A stretch of 64,000 nt of DNA from Octopus vulgaris (Eukaryota): NCBI GenBank assembly GCA_951406725.2, contig OX597819.1, forward strand, positions 2,604,001-2,668,000, in the 5' to 3' direction. The notes under the pieces are model-generated. The model had not been told where the DNA came from, searched no databases, and saw nothing but the letters and a program-made list of their open reading frames with translations. Shown piece after piece: positions 26,220-37,950 of this stretch. The translations under genes were made by a program, and so were the position numbers. How positions within the stretch are numbered: the first letter of the stretch is position 1; each line of letters begins with the position of its first letter.

Positions 26220-28542
26220 AGACCCAATACGCAAACACAGAGACACAAGATAGCACCAAACAAGCAGGAGGAACCAAAAGTAATAAAAATTATTAATCTA
26301 ACTCACAAGGAACTAACAGCAAACCAAATAAACATACTTTCCAAAGGACTCAAGTTTACACCCACCCCACAACACCCCAACTACAATGAAATGAAAGAAG
26401 ACATCGCAGAATTCTGCAGAAAATTAAGACTTACTGAGGAGCTATACGATAAATACGAGGATGAATCGTTAGCCAGAAATAGGAGTAACTACACCCCCTC
26501 GAAAGGTAAGAACAAAACACTTGATGATTTCTGTGACCACATATCAAATTACCCATATCAACATATGCACAAACAAAAACACAAACCAAACTTCAGCAAA
26601 AAAAGAATGGGCTGAGTTGAACAAATTAAAACTAGATAAAACAATAACAATCAAAGAGGCCGATAAAGGGAGTGCTGTTGTCTTAATGGATACGACATTT
26701 TACATAACTTTGGTACTTTCTATGCTGGAAGACACAACATACTATGAAAAGGCACAAAACTACAGTCAACAAAAAATAATGAGGGAACTAAAATCCATAT
26801 TAAACCCATACAAAGCAGGGCTCACCGACAAAGAATATGATTATATGACCAATTTCACAAGTAAAACTAGCCAATTCTACGGTATACCTAAGATCCACAA
26901 AAGTGAAAAAATAAGCAACGCATGCAAGATAGCTACAGACAAAATAATTAAAGTCCCTAATCCTAATGACCTCAAATTGAGACCCATAATAGCAGGTCCC
27001 GCATGCGAAACCCACCGCCTCAGTAACTTTTTAGACACCCTGTTAAAACCACTCCTCAAACATGTCAAAAGCTATATAAGGGACGACTTAGATATGCTCA
27101 ATCACCTACCGAATACTATAAACAAAAACACCGTACTGGTATCCTTCGATGTAGTCAACCTCTACTCCAATATCCCCCACAACCTAGGACTAGAGGCAAT
27201 CCAATTCTGGCTAGAGAATCACGCCAACGAACTACCACACCGCATCAAAAAAGAATTTGTGATAGAATGGGTTAAATTCATCCTGGAAAATAACTTCTTC
27301 GCCTTCAATGACAACTTCTACCGACAAAAATCGGGGACTGCGATGGGTACACGAATGGCCCCCTCCTTTGCCAACCTAGTCATAGGATACCTAGAGATCA
27401 GTCTGTATCGTAAGGTTCTAGAAAGATATGGCAGCCCTTTCTCCATCTACATAGAAAACAACTGGAAGAGATATCTAGATGACTGTTTCATCCTTTGGCA
27501 TAAAAATATAGAAAAACTCATAGAATTCCAGAAAATTTTAAACGGACTGGACGTAAACATCCAATTCACGATGGAATATAGCTAACAACAACTCCCCTTC
27601 CTCGATATCCTCATTAAGAAAGCTAATAATATAATAGAAACAGACATATACTATAAGCCTACAGACTCTAAGCAATATCTTCCATTCAATTCATGCCACC
27701 CCAGACACACCAGGATGAATATCCCCTTCAATCTAGCAAAAAGGATATGCACTATAGTCTCTAACGCAAACACCAGAGACACACGACTACAAGAACTAAA
27801 AGATACCCTAATCACCAGGAACTATCCACCTTCACTTATTGACAAGTGCATTCAACGTGCCCTTCAACTTAACATCAAGGAACTGAGACATCCCAAATCA
27901 AAGAAAAACTTACAACCAAAAGCCTTACCATACATCTCCACACACAACCCTCTCAATAACGAAGCCTTCGACACCATCCTCCACAACATACCCCTCCTAA
28001 AAAAAGACCACAGAATGAACACAATCCTCCAAACACACACGATCATAAAATGCAAAAGACAGCCTAGATCCATGAAAAGTCTCCTTACACAAGCCCGAAT
28101 TCACTCCTCAACACAGAAGCCGACAGTAAAAAAATGTGGAAGACCCAATTGCGGGATATGCGACTATCTAATTGAGGGATCAGAGTTCTCCTTCAAGCAG
28201 GGACAACGGTTTACAGTGAAAAGCAACTTCACATGTGCTTCGGAGAACCTAATATACTCACTAACCTGCTCCGGGTGTCAAGAGCAGTACATAGGCCAAA
28301 CAAAAAATGGTTTGCGTAAACGAATGGCCCTGCACAGATCCCAGATAAAAATTCCCCAAAACAGAAAAATAGCTTTTAGCCAACACATAGATACTTGCGC
28401 CAACAAAAAAACACCAAACTTCAGAATTTTCCCCCTCTACCAATTTAGGGACGATACAACCTCGAGACAACGAATAAGTAAAGAAAATCTCTTTATTACA
28501 AAATACAAACCACTTCTAAACGGGTCTACGACAAACAATTAA
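26220..28542 (+). pseudogene. PLE RT + GIY-YIG ORF with two lesions
   Basis: ORF-track pieces 26391-26615, 26521-27585 and 27715-28542 join if one A is removed from the A7 run at 26598-26604 and the in-frame TAA at 27583-27585 (MEYS*QQLPFLD) is bypassed. Confidence 0.9.
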
Positions 28543-29249
28543 TATACCTCAACTTTAGAATAAAAGAAAAATATATATACACACACAAATATTACACTCC
28601 ATAGAATCCATTACTAACCAGCCCCTTCATAGCTATACTTACACCCATTCATATTCTCCCTTCTCTGTTTTTTTCTTCTTCTTCTTCTTCCTCTTCTTCT
28701 TCATCATCATCATTATCATTATCATCGTCGTCATCATCATCACCACCATCATCACCACCATCTTCTCCTTCTCCTCCTTCTTCTTCTTCTTCTTCATCAT
28801 CATCATTATCATCATCATCGTCGTCATAATCATCACCACCATCACCATCATCGTCATCTTCTCCTTCTCCTTCTTCTTCTTCTTCTTCTTCTTCTCCACC
28901 CCCTACCCATTAACTTTGTCACTAATGTTTTTTAGTATAACACCTACGCTAATTCTATAAACAAGCCTGTCAATATAAATATTCTCCTGAATTGAACTGA
29001 GACTGCCAGCCGCCACTGACCATTCAAAATACGACCATCAGGGCACTCCCAGATTCTCCCACCCCCTTTCCTCACCAGCCTTCTTCCTCTACTACCCTAC
29101 CAAGAACTCACAACGACCTCCGACACACAAGTGCAAACAAGGGAGTCAGAGAAAGGCAGAATGCCACTTAAATCTGAACACTACTATAGAAATATTCTTT
29201 TAAAAAAACTTTTCTTCTAATTTTTCTAAATTTAATTATTTAATCGTTA

Positions 29250-29287
29250 CAGTTGAAAAGGTCTCAAAATGACCGAAACCGGTACTG
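29250..29287 (+). ncRNA. Minimal type I hammerhead ribozyme of the PLE, U3-A8 core variant
   Basis: cag-TTGAAAA-ggtc-tcaaaat-gacc-GAAA-ccgg-TA-ctg: stems I and II, palindromic stem III (ACCGGT), GUA cleavage triplet. Confidence 0.75.
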
Positions 29288-29990
29288 AAATGTTCACTAT
29301 AAAATTATTTTAGCATTTTCTATTTTTGACTTGTTTTTTCATATATATATATATATATATGCGACAAGCCTCTCAGTTTCCATCTACCAAATCCACTCAC
29401 AAGGCTTTTGGTTGTCCCATGGCTATAGTAGAAGACACTTGCTCAAGGCACCACACAGTGGGACTGAACCTGGAACCAAGTGGTTGGGCATTAAACTTGA
29501 GTTATTTGGTAGTTCCATTAGTGATTGCATCAATGCCATTTGACTTATCCAAAGCCTCATACATTTTATGTTTCATTAATAATTTCTTTTTGTGCTGGAA
29601 TTCACTTCCACCATATTGATACTAGCATTCCTTATCTCAATATTAGTACATCATTCCTAATATTGATTTCAAATTTTGACACAAAGCCAGCAATTTTGGG
29701 ACCAGGGATAAGTTGATTACATTGATTACGTTCAACTGGTACATATTCTATCAACCCCAAAAGATAGAAGGCAAAGTCAACCTTGGTGGCATTTGAACTT
29801 TGAACATAAAGACAGAAGAAATGCCACTAAGCATTTTTACCGGCGTGCTATTGATTCTGCCAGCTCATCACCTTATAATTACTACTAATATTGACAGCCT
29901 CCACCTTCTCAGTTGCTTTTCACTCCTATCTTAAACACTCATTTTTCGTGAAACATCAAAGCTACCATATTCTTTCCAAGTTCAAGTCTA

Positions 29991-30203
29991 TGAGTGGGTG
30001 CTGAAAAGATGAGTCTATGAGTGGGTAAAAGAAAATACAAAAGGATCAGTTAATCATAATTTTATTCAACATATTCCCCTCTCAAATTCACACGCTTATT
30101 GCAGTGGTCCTTCAGTTTTTCTAAGCCCTGTAAAAGAACTCGAAAGGTTGGGCCTGGCTTTACGTGAAACCCTTAAAGCCAAGAACTTTTCACCACACCC
30201 TTG
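29991..30203. mobile_element. mariner-derived MITE (partial copy at ~4808-4872)
   Basis: TA|tgagtgggtgctgaaaag ... cttttcaccacacccttg|TA. Confidence 0.6.
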
Positions 30204-30365
30204 TACTGGCTGAGTAACAAAAACTTCTTTGTTATATCCAAGGAGATGTGCCATTTTTTTACACATTAAATTGGTCACTGATGTAACCTTTAGCCAAGCC
30301 CATACTATCAGCTGAGCCACTATACTTCCATCTCTCTTACACAAACACACATACACACACACACT

Positions 30366-30409
<44 letters not shown>

Positions 30410-32060
30410 CACACACACACACATACCAAAGGAATTTCCTTTTCCATCCTGTTGGTCCTTCCATTACAATACACTAGCCACAACAAATTTATATTTTCTT
30501 GATTCCCTATAAGAAATTTCGAATTCTTCCCAATCTTTCTCACCTCCAGCCTTGATAAAATTTTCAGTCAGAAGATTCCTTCTTCCTATCCATACCCAAT
30601 CCAGAATATTCATATATGCCTACCACAAGTTCTGTACCTCATCGTATATTTACAGCACTACCCATCCATAGAACTGACCTTAAAAACTCGTGGCATTTTA
30701 CCAACCAATTCCTATTATGAATCACATCAGTAAGCATATGAATAATTATTTCCAAAAATAACATTACTATCCTTTGCCAAAAAAAATGTTGAGGTTTTAA
30801 CTCCTAAGGAGAGAGCATATGAATCTAACAAATATTGATTTAAAATTTTGACACAAGACCAGAAATTTCAAGGAAGGAGCCAAGTCAATTAGATCATCCC
30901 CAATGCTCAACTGGTACTTATTTTATCAACACTAAAAGGAGGAAAGATGAAGTTGACCTCAGTTGAACTCAGAACATCAAGACAGCTGAAATGCCGTGAA
31001 AGTGTTTTTTGCCTGGTGTACTAATGATTCAGCTAGCTCACTGCCCTTGAATTTAAAATATTGATTTCAAATTTTAGCACAAAGCCAGTAATTTTGAGGA
31101 AGTAGGTAAGTCAATTACATGGACCCCAGTGCTCAACTGCTACTTACTTTATCAACCCCCAAAAGGATGAAAGGCAAAGTTGACCTCAGCAGAATTTGAA
31201 CACAAAACATAAAGACAGTTGAAACGCCACTAAGCATTTTGTCTAGTGTGCTAGCAATTCTGCCAGCTCGCCACCCTTGAATCAAAGAAATATCAACAAG
31301 CTATGAAACTATTTTTTTTTTACTATTAACCATTATGCAAACAGCTTGACTGGTGGCTAGTTGTGACTGCCCTGAAGCTGAATGAGACTCCACTTGGTTG
31401 AAATTCTGATCCACTTATAGATTATTTCTTTCATTTGTTTGTTGTTCAATAGACTGGAGAGATTATTTCCATGCTCAGAAACAAGTGAGATTGACTATAG
31501 GAAGAGTGTCGGGCCATCTAAAAATGTTTACCAACATACTTTCATTTACCCATGCACACATGAAAAGTAGACATTAGAACAAGGACAATGACAGCAGCAG
31601 CAGCAGCAGCAGCAGCGATATTGTCTGGCATGATGTGCAAATCTACAAAACTTTCCTCTTGGATGTGAAAGAACAAAGTGAATTGTTGTGGAGGATTCCA
31701 ACCAATCACTGTCAGTGATTGGAGATCATGTTGGAAAGCAGTTCATTGTGAACCTTTGATATCGAGCGTTGAGTCTCATGTAATATTAATAGTAGTGCAT
31801 CATGTATATACTTTCTTTCCCCACTGCTTCATTATATATCCAATACAAGGATATAAAATGAATGTTTTGTTTAATTATGATTTTCTGGTAACAGAAAGCA
31901 GGCTGGATACAAAGATTCACAGAAAATACATTGAAACACAAGCAATGCTAAACAAGTTTTAATGGGTGTCAAGAAAATATAGTGTTACTCCTTACTTTGT
32001 GCTTGTTTAACTATGTTAAAGTACCAACTCAAGAATGAAATCATATTTGTTTGTAAACTT

Positions 32061-32066
32061 TTTATT
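32061..32066 (-). terminator. Probable PTGR3 polyadenylation signal (second AATAAA at 32135-32140)
   Basis: AATAAA on the minus strand about 130 nt after the stop codon. Confidence 0.55.
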
Positions 32067-32197
32067 CAAAAGTATATTTGATTTTTACAACTAGTAACTA
32101 TATACATAGAAATGACTAAAGTATATTTTTTTGTTTTATTCTATGTATATGTGCTCCTCACTAACACACACAGAAAATATAAAGACTTGATTTGAAA

Positions 32198-32257
32198 TTA
32201 CTTTTCTGCATTGAGCTCCACTACTATTTTACCATGACCAGTTTGTTTGTACAGCGA
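32198..32257 (-). CDS. PTGR3: PTGR3 terminal coding exon
   Basis: cttttcaattttag| SLYKQTGHGKIVVELNAEK-TAA; contains the MDR C-terminal GKIVV motif. Confidence 0.92.
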   Translation of the reverse strand, partial: SLYKQTGHGKIVVELNAEK

Positions 32258-33369
32258 CTAAAATTGAAAAGACACATTAGAATAAATTATACAAAAATCA
32301 TTAGTTTTGCCAATATGCAACAAAATAATTAAAATATTTTTCTTAAGATTGATTGATAAAATAGAAAAGAATTCAGGAACAGGAATGCACATACAATATT
32401 GAAATTTTGTTGATAAACGTTTGCAAATCACAAAAAAAAAACCAATACTATCTCTCTAGTTCAATGCAGCTTCAATAGCAAAATTATATAAATTATATAA
32501 ATAATATACAATAGCCATAAGTTTATCGATTTTAGTAAATACATGTTTGTAACTTAAATAGGAGTTATTTTGTTTCATAATAGTAAAGAAAAAAATATGG
32601 GTGGCAAAGGTATTTTAAAATAAAAAAAGCAGAGTTTAATTTATTGACCTTTAGGTGGGCATTTATAAAAGGATAGGATATATTAGCTATTGACTGTGTA
32701 TAGTGAGTGTTGAGAGTGTATGGCTTCTTTTCTAAATATATCTTAGCTCACATTCAGTTTTAACATCAAATCAAGATCTTTCATCAACATTCCAAAATTA
32801 CCACCACACATCAGACAGTTTTGTATTTCAAGTCTTTGTCACTGCTATCCAGTGTGAAAATCTCAGATGGAAGTCCTTCCCTTATCTCCTCCTACATAAA
32901 TCAGAGGCTTCATACTTAATGTAAGAAATAACATCAGGCATTATGAAGTTAATGTTACATTTCAAAGATAAAAGGTTATTATTCATAATCATTGATTTTG
33001 TCAGACATTATGCTCAGACATTATTGTCAGACATTATTCTCAACTATAATTGAGATTTAGTAAGTTAGGTATTGATAAAAGATGAAAGGAACTAATACTG
33101 GGAAAAAAATGTACTCAGAATATAATTGATTATGTTTGTTATTTCATCAGTAGACCTTCAGAATATTCCTTCACTCAGGAAGAAAACACTGATGAAAGGA
33201 TTTTAAATGTTTAATATATTACAAGGAGATATATTTCTGAGATTAAGCAACATAGTACAGAAATTTTCAAAATGAAAGTCTCTTCCATAATTAACAAATT
33301 TAAAAAATTAAGACAGTAAATTTATAAAATAAGACTTAATTAATTTGACAAATAACAGGGAATAGTTAC

Positions 33370-33537
33370 CTCAACAGCATCTGGAATCATCTCAAGTCCA
33401 GTGAAAGTAGAAGGAAACACAAAGCTTTTTATTTCCTTCTTCATCAAAAGAGCGATCAACTTATTTATGTATTCCGGAAGATGTGAAAAATAGTGAAGTA
33501 GGAAAAAACCTCTTAAACTTGCAGATTTTGTTAACAA
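33370..33537 (-). CDS. PTGR3: PTGR3 coding exon
   Basis: ttgtag|...|gtaact; 168 nt encoding LLTKSASLRGFFLLHY...FTGLEMIPDAVE (PTGR3 KSASVQGFFL and FTGLE motifs). Confidence 0.94.
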
Positions 33538-34036
33538 CTACAAAATAAAAAAGTCAGTTTGTTTTGTTTGAAAATTAAGTATTGAGAACTTCATATTTCT
33601 AATGATAAGGTTTGTCTTTATCATGTATAGAAATGTCAAGTCAACGAAGAAGTCAAAGCCAACAAGAAAGCATCTATATCGTAGCTAGCTCAGCATGCTA
33701 GAAATAGCAGTCAATACAAAAATTGGAATTATCCATTATATGTACGTATATGCTTTTTGATTAGTAATGCTGACTTACTAACAAAATAAAACATCAAATA
33801 TAAAATAATACATAAAAGTTTTGAAACATCAATCAAATTTGAAATATTTAAAAACTTATAACTCAATATTTTTAGCACTTTAGATGATTGGCAATAATCA
33901 TAAATGTTTCAAGTTGGTTGATTTCTATCATAATCCAATCAAACCTACTAACAGACAACTAATAAACAGAACTAATAAACTATTAAAACATAGAAATAAT
34001 AAACATAAACAAAACTGAAGGAAATACAACAATTAC

Positions 34037-34130
34037 CTTCCGTGGAAGATCCGGCTTCACTTCCAATGGTTTCTCAGAGTGATACTGTGTGATGAATCCA
34101 ATTATGATTAGTCTTCCCTTTAATGCCAAG
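34037..34130 (-). CDS. PTGR3: PTGR3 coding exon
   Basis: ttttag|...|gtaatt; 94 nt completes the split Ser codon, then LALKGRLIIIGFITQYHSEKPLEVKPDLPRK; phase fits the previous exon. Confidence 0.94.
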
Positions 34131-34696
34131 CTAAAATATCATCAAATATTTTTAGATATTTCTGTAATCAAACTTTATGATATAATAATATTTCAAAAAT
34201 GTACTTATTTTAGAAAATTGTCATTTTATAAGATTTTGCTGAAAAATTCTTAAATTAACATAAACATTTACATGAAAGAAAATTACTGGAGAACTTTCTT
34301 CTAATTCTTCCAAATTTTTCTGTTAAAACTGTATTGAAACCATTTGTAGGTAATTTTTTTTATCACAGCAACTGGCTGCACACCACAAGGTTAAACGGAA
34401 TCTAACGAAGCAAGCCAGCATGCTCTCAGCATTAGCACAGGTGATGGCAAGGCTAAGGCATTGGGAAAGCCAAGCACCCTCACAGGTATCACCTGACACT
34501 GTGGTGAGGCAAGCCGCCAATGCTGACAAGAACCTTGTGGTCAGTGGCCCAATCTCAAAGGATATTTCCCAAAACTATATAACAAATACTCATGAACTTC
34601 ATAATGTCTAATGGAAATTTACTAATTAAAACAGTAATACTTTCTAAACATCCTTTACATACTGATTTAAACTATACATTAATGATGTACAGCTAT

Positions 34697-34731
<35 letters not shown>

Positions 34732-36050
34732 ATCATAAACAGGAATTTCAAATAGTTTTTTTCAAGTTGGTAAAATTTATTGAAGCTCCATAGCATACCT
34801 TCTGAAAGTCTTTTATTCTTAATCAGCATATTTGTTTTAAATTTAGTTAAGAATATGACACAATATTTTAACTTAATTTACAAATATCAAAAATTAATTA
34901 TCTTAAACATTGGGAAAGATCAGCCAAAATGCTTTCTATTAGACTTCAAAAATTTATTAACATAAAATTTTATTACTTTCTACTACATATATAAAATGTT
35001 TCAAAATATAAAGTCTGTAAATGACAGTTTAAAAATATAAAAGAATTATGAATCATTTTATTATAAAGTCATGAATGGTTCCTGAAAATTACTCAAAAGA
35101 GAAACTTTAACCTAAATGAAGAGCCAACAATGCAGATCCAAATGTAGATATAAAATATAACATCATAAGAGCTTTCTAATTCTATAATAAGCACAAATCA
35201 ATATATAACTATTGATACATACATATAAAAGCTTTTGAAAAGAAAAAAAAATTGATAATGAAAACAAGAGTTTAATTTTTAAGGACATCTAACCATTCAA
35301 TTCTATTTAATGTTTGTGCAATCAATGAGAAGACCTCTATGCAGTTACTTAACTAAGTAGCCAAAGTTCCCTCAAAACACATTTATAGTCATTAACAAAG
35401 AAAGAATAAACTACTTCACGACAGTCTGTGTTTGAACCAAAAAGAAAAGGTATGAATAACTATGGCTATGAGAAGTTTGATCATATTCCTACTTTGGAAC
35501 ACTAACAATTGGAACACTAACAATAACAAGCCAAAGAGGAAGTCACTATGAAGTTGCTCAAGCAGGTAGTAATAACACTCAAAACTCCCTCTAATCACAC
35601 TCAACCATGTCAAGACCCAGTGATTTCTAGTCAAAGCATTAAGAAGTTAGCAAGAAGTTGTGAAAATTAAAGGAGGATACTTTATAGACAAAGGTCTAAT
35701 GGACAAAAGATTAAGAGCAATAATAAATCTGAAGTAAAGAATGAATATATAGTGCATGTGTTTATTTGGGGAAAAAATGATCATCTTGAAATATAACAAT
35801 ATTTTACAGACTGATTTATTAAAACTGTTGATGAACAATGACTATTAAAAGTAATGAAATAAAACAAATTTATCTGACAACCCAATATATACAACAGGCT
35901 TCTTTCTGTTTCCACTCAAAGCTTTGGTCAGCCTGAGGATATAGTAAAAGACCATGCAGTGGGGGCAGAACAGGGGACAACATGGTTGGGAAGCAAGCTT
36001 CTCAACCACACAGTTATGCCTGTACTTATCATATATACAGACAGACAGAC

Positions 36051-36141
<91 letters not shown>

Positions 36142-36155
36142 CAGATATATGATAG

Positions 36156-36186
<31 letters not shown>

Positions 36187-36414
36187 ACAAGATTGGTTTG
36201 AAGGTTTAAACTAAAATTTGAAGATGGGAGAGAAATGTATGAGTTTTGTGAGAAAACATTCAAAAATTAGTAAAAATTAGGCAACAATGGTAAAAGGTTC
36301 AGAGAGTTTGGAAGAGTGTCCAAGGGTAGTCAGAAATTGATAAAATCCATGAGAAGAAACAAATGTAATGAGCAGGTGAAAAAAGCCAGACAAAACACAG
36401 TATAGAAAGAAAGC

Positions 36415-36484
<70 letters not shown>

Positions 36485-36486
<2 letters not shown>

Positions 36487-37950
36487 TCGTTGTCTGGTTC
36501 AAAATGTAATTTATAAATGTACAATAATGACTTTAAATAATAGCTATCTTTATTTAGGATGTTCGATAGACCTAAAGAAACGTTTGAACAACCATTTTTC
36601 TTCTTTTAGACTTAAACATAAAATGGGTTGCACAACGCTGTCCAGTAAAATGTGGGAACTGAAAGAAAAAATATCGAATTTAACCTAAAATGCGATATAA
36701 TAAGAAAAGCACAGCCTTATAAAAATAGTAGGGATGGATGTGAACTTTGTTCTATGGAGACATATGAAATTTTAAAACATAGAAATAATACAAACTTATT
36801 GAATAACATTTCCGAACTGGGAGCATCCTGTATACATTGTGCCACCCGTACATTTGAGTATTTTAAATCTTAATATTTTGTAACCAAATAAGAAATTTAT
36901 ATACCATACTAGCTTTTATTTAACCTGCATAGATTACTAAGAAATTTCATTATATAAATAAATTTAAATATAATGAAATTAGAATTTTTTGATACTCTCC
37001 TATATGGGATTGCATAAAATTCTATATATCTAGGGAAATTACTTGGTTCATCTTGATTACCTCCCTTCCATTACTTTTTAATATATCTTATTGACTCCTG
37101 ATATATTTGCTAAATTGATAAATTTGATTTTCCACAGTTTGTAAATATTATGTCTAACATTCTTTTAATTCATCTCATTAATAAAACAAATCACCATTTA
37201 CTAGCTAATTATGATTCTATATTAATAGAAATGGATATATATATATATTTATATAAATATGAAATGATTTCTATATTTTCTATCCCTAATATTTATTGAA
37301 ATCCTTTAGAAAATTATCTAAAGGATATTTACTTAAAATTCTTAATATAAAAGTTGGCTGTTAAATGGTAAGGGACATTGAAAACCTCTAGAGAATTAGT
37401 AGTCTCTATTCCCCCTACCCCACTAACTTCAGCCTACTAGTTTTTTGCTATAATACATTCAAATATATCTAAACTGAATTCCTCAAAATGAGGATGGATT
37501 TATGGTTTTGACATCTGTACTACCTACCCCTACCTCTATCTATAAATAGAAAAAACTCTTGTTTGTCTCCATTCAACCAAGAATTAAAAAAACCCTCCCC
37601 ACTGATAGATCTAAATAACAAAGTGAACTCAATGATAATATCTAGAGACAGAAAATGAACATACTACTATCATGTTCTTAAGAATGAAATTAACCTCTCT
37701 GTCTATATATCTACCCTCTTTATAATGTTGGCAAATGAAATAGTGATAAGAATGTGCATTGTCCGTTTAATTGGAAAATTCTATAAGTGGCTGAAGATTG
37801 CTCGACATTTTAAAACTGATGTAATACTTACAGTGTTTAATAAAATGAAGTAGCATGAAACGATTGTACTACTCTGCCTTGGATATCCTTGTTGCTTATT
37901 TTGATTATAATCACCCCATTTGATTTATATGGATAATACCATACCAAATT
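36485..37950 (+). mobile_element. 3' fragment of a second PLE family (GIY-YIG with C-terminal CxxC) plus 3' region
   Basis: GRCLVQNVIYKC..YLYLGCS.DLKKRLNNHFSSF..TTLSSKMWELK, frameshift, ..CELCSMETYEI..LLN..E..CIH; starts at a (TA)n tract; hammerhead near the end. Confidence 0.8.
37786..37873 (+). ncRNA. Type I hammerhead ribozyme with extended stem II
   Basis: agtgg-CTGAAGA-t-tgct...agca-t-GAAA-cgattg-TA-ctact; inner pairings catttta/taaaatg and ctg/cag. Confidence 0.7.

Larger units (their letters stand above)
25840..29340 (+). mobile_element. Penelope-like retroelement (Neptune-like), 5'-truncated, nearly intact
   Basis: N-terminal INLT..LT..LSKGLKFTPTP and ADKG motifs; RT motifs LRPII, SFDVVNLYSNIP, GTAMGTRMAPSFANL, WKRYLDD; thumb KPTDSKQYL..SCHP; CxxxxCxxC linker; GIY-YIG domain (NLIYSLTCSGC..YIGQT); hammerhead in the 3' region; both ends abut (TA)n. 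Confidence 0.95.

Noticed and set aside
26598-26604. A7 run as a second programmed frameshift
   Set aside because: It needs a +1 correction in a homopolymer within a conserved region; more likely a slippage mutation or sequencing error
27583-27585. In-frame stop in the PLE RT as selenocysteine recoding (as in Naiad PLEs)
   Set aside because: The codon is TAA, not TGA, and is not at a conserved Cys position; simple nonsense mutation
28639-28899. Lys/Met-rich ORF antisense to the PLE 3' region
   Set aside because: Translation of a compound (TTC)n/(ATC)n microsatellite
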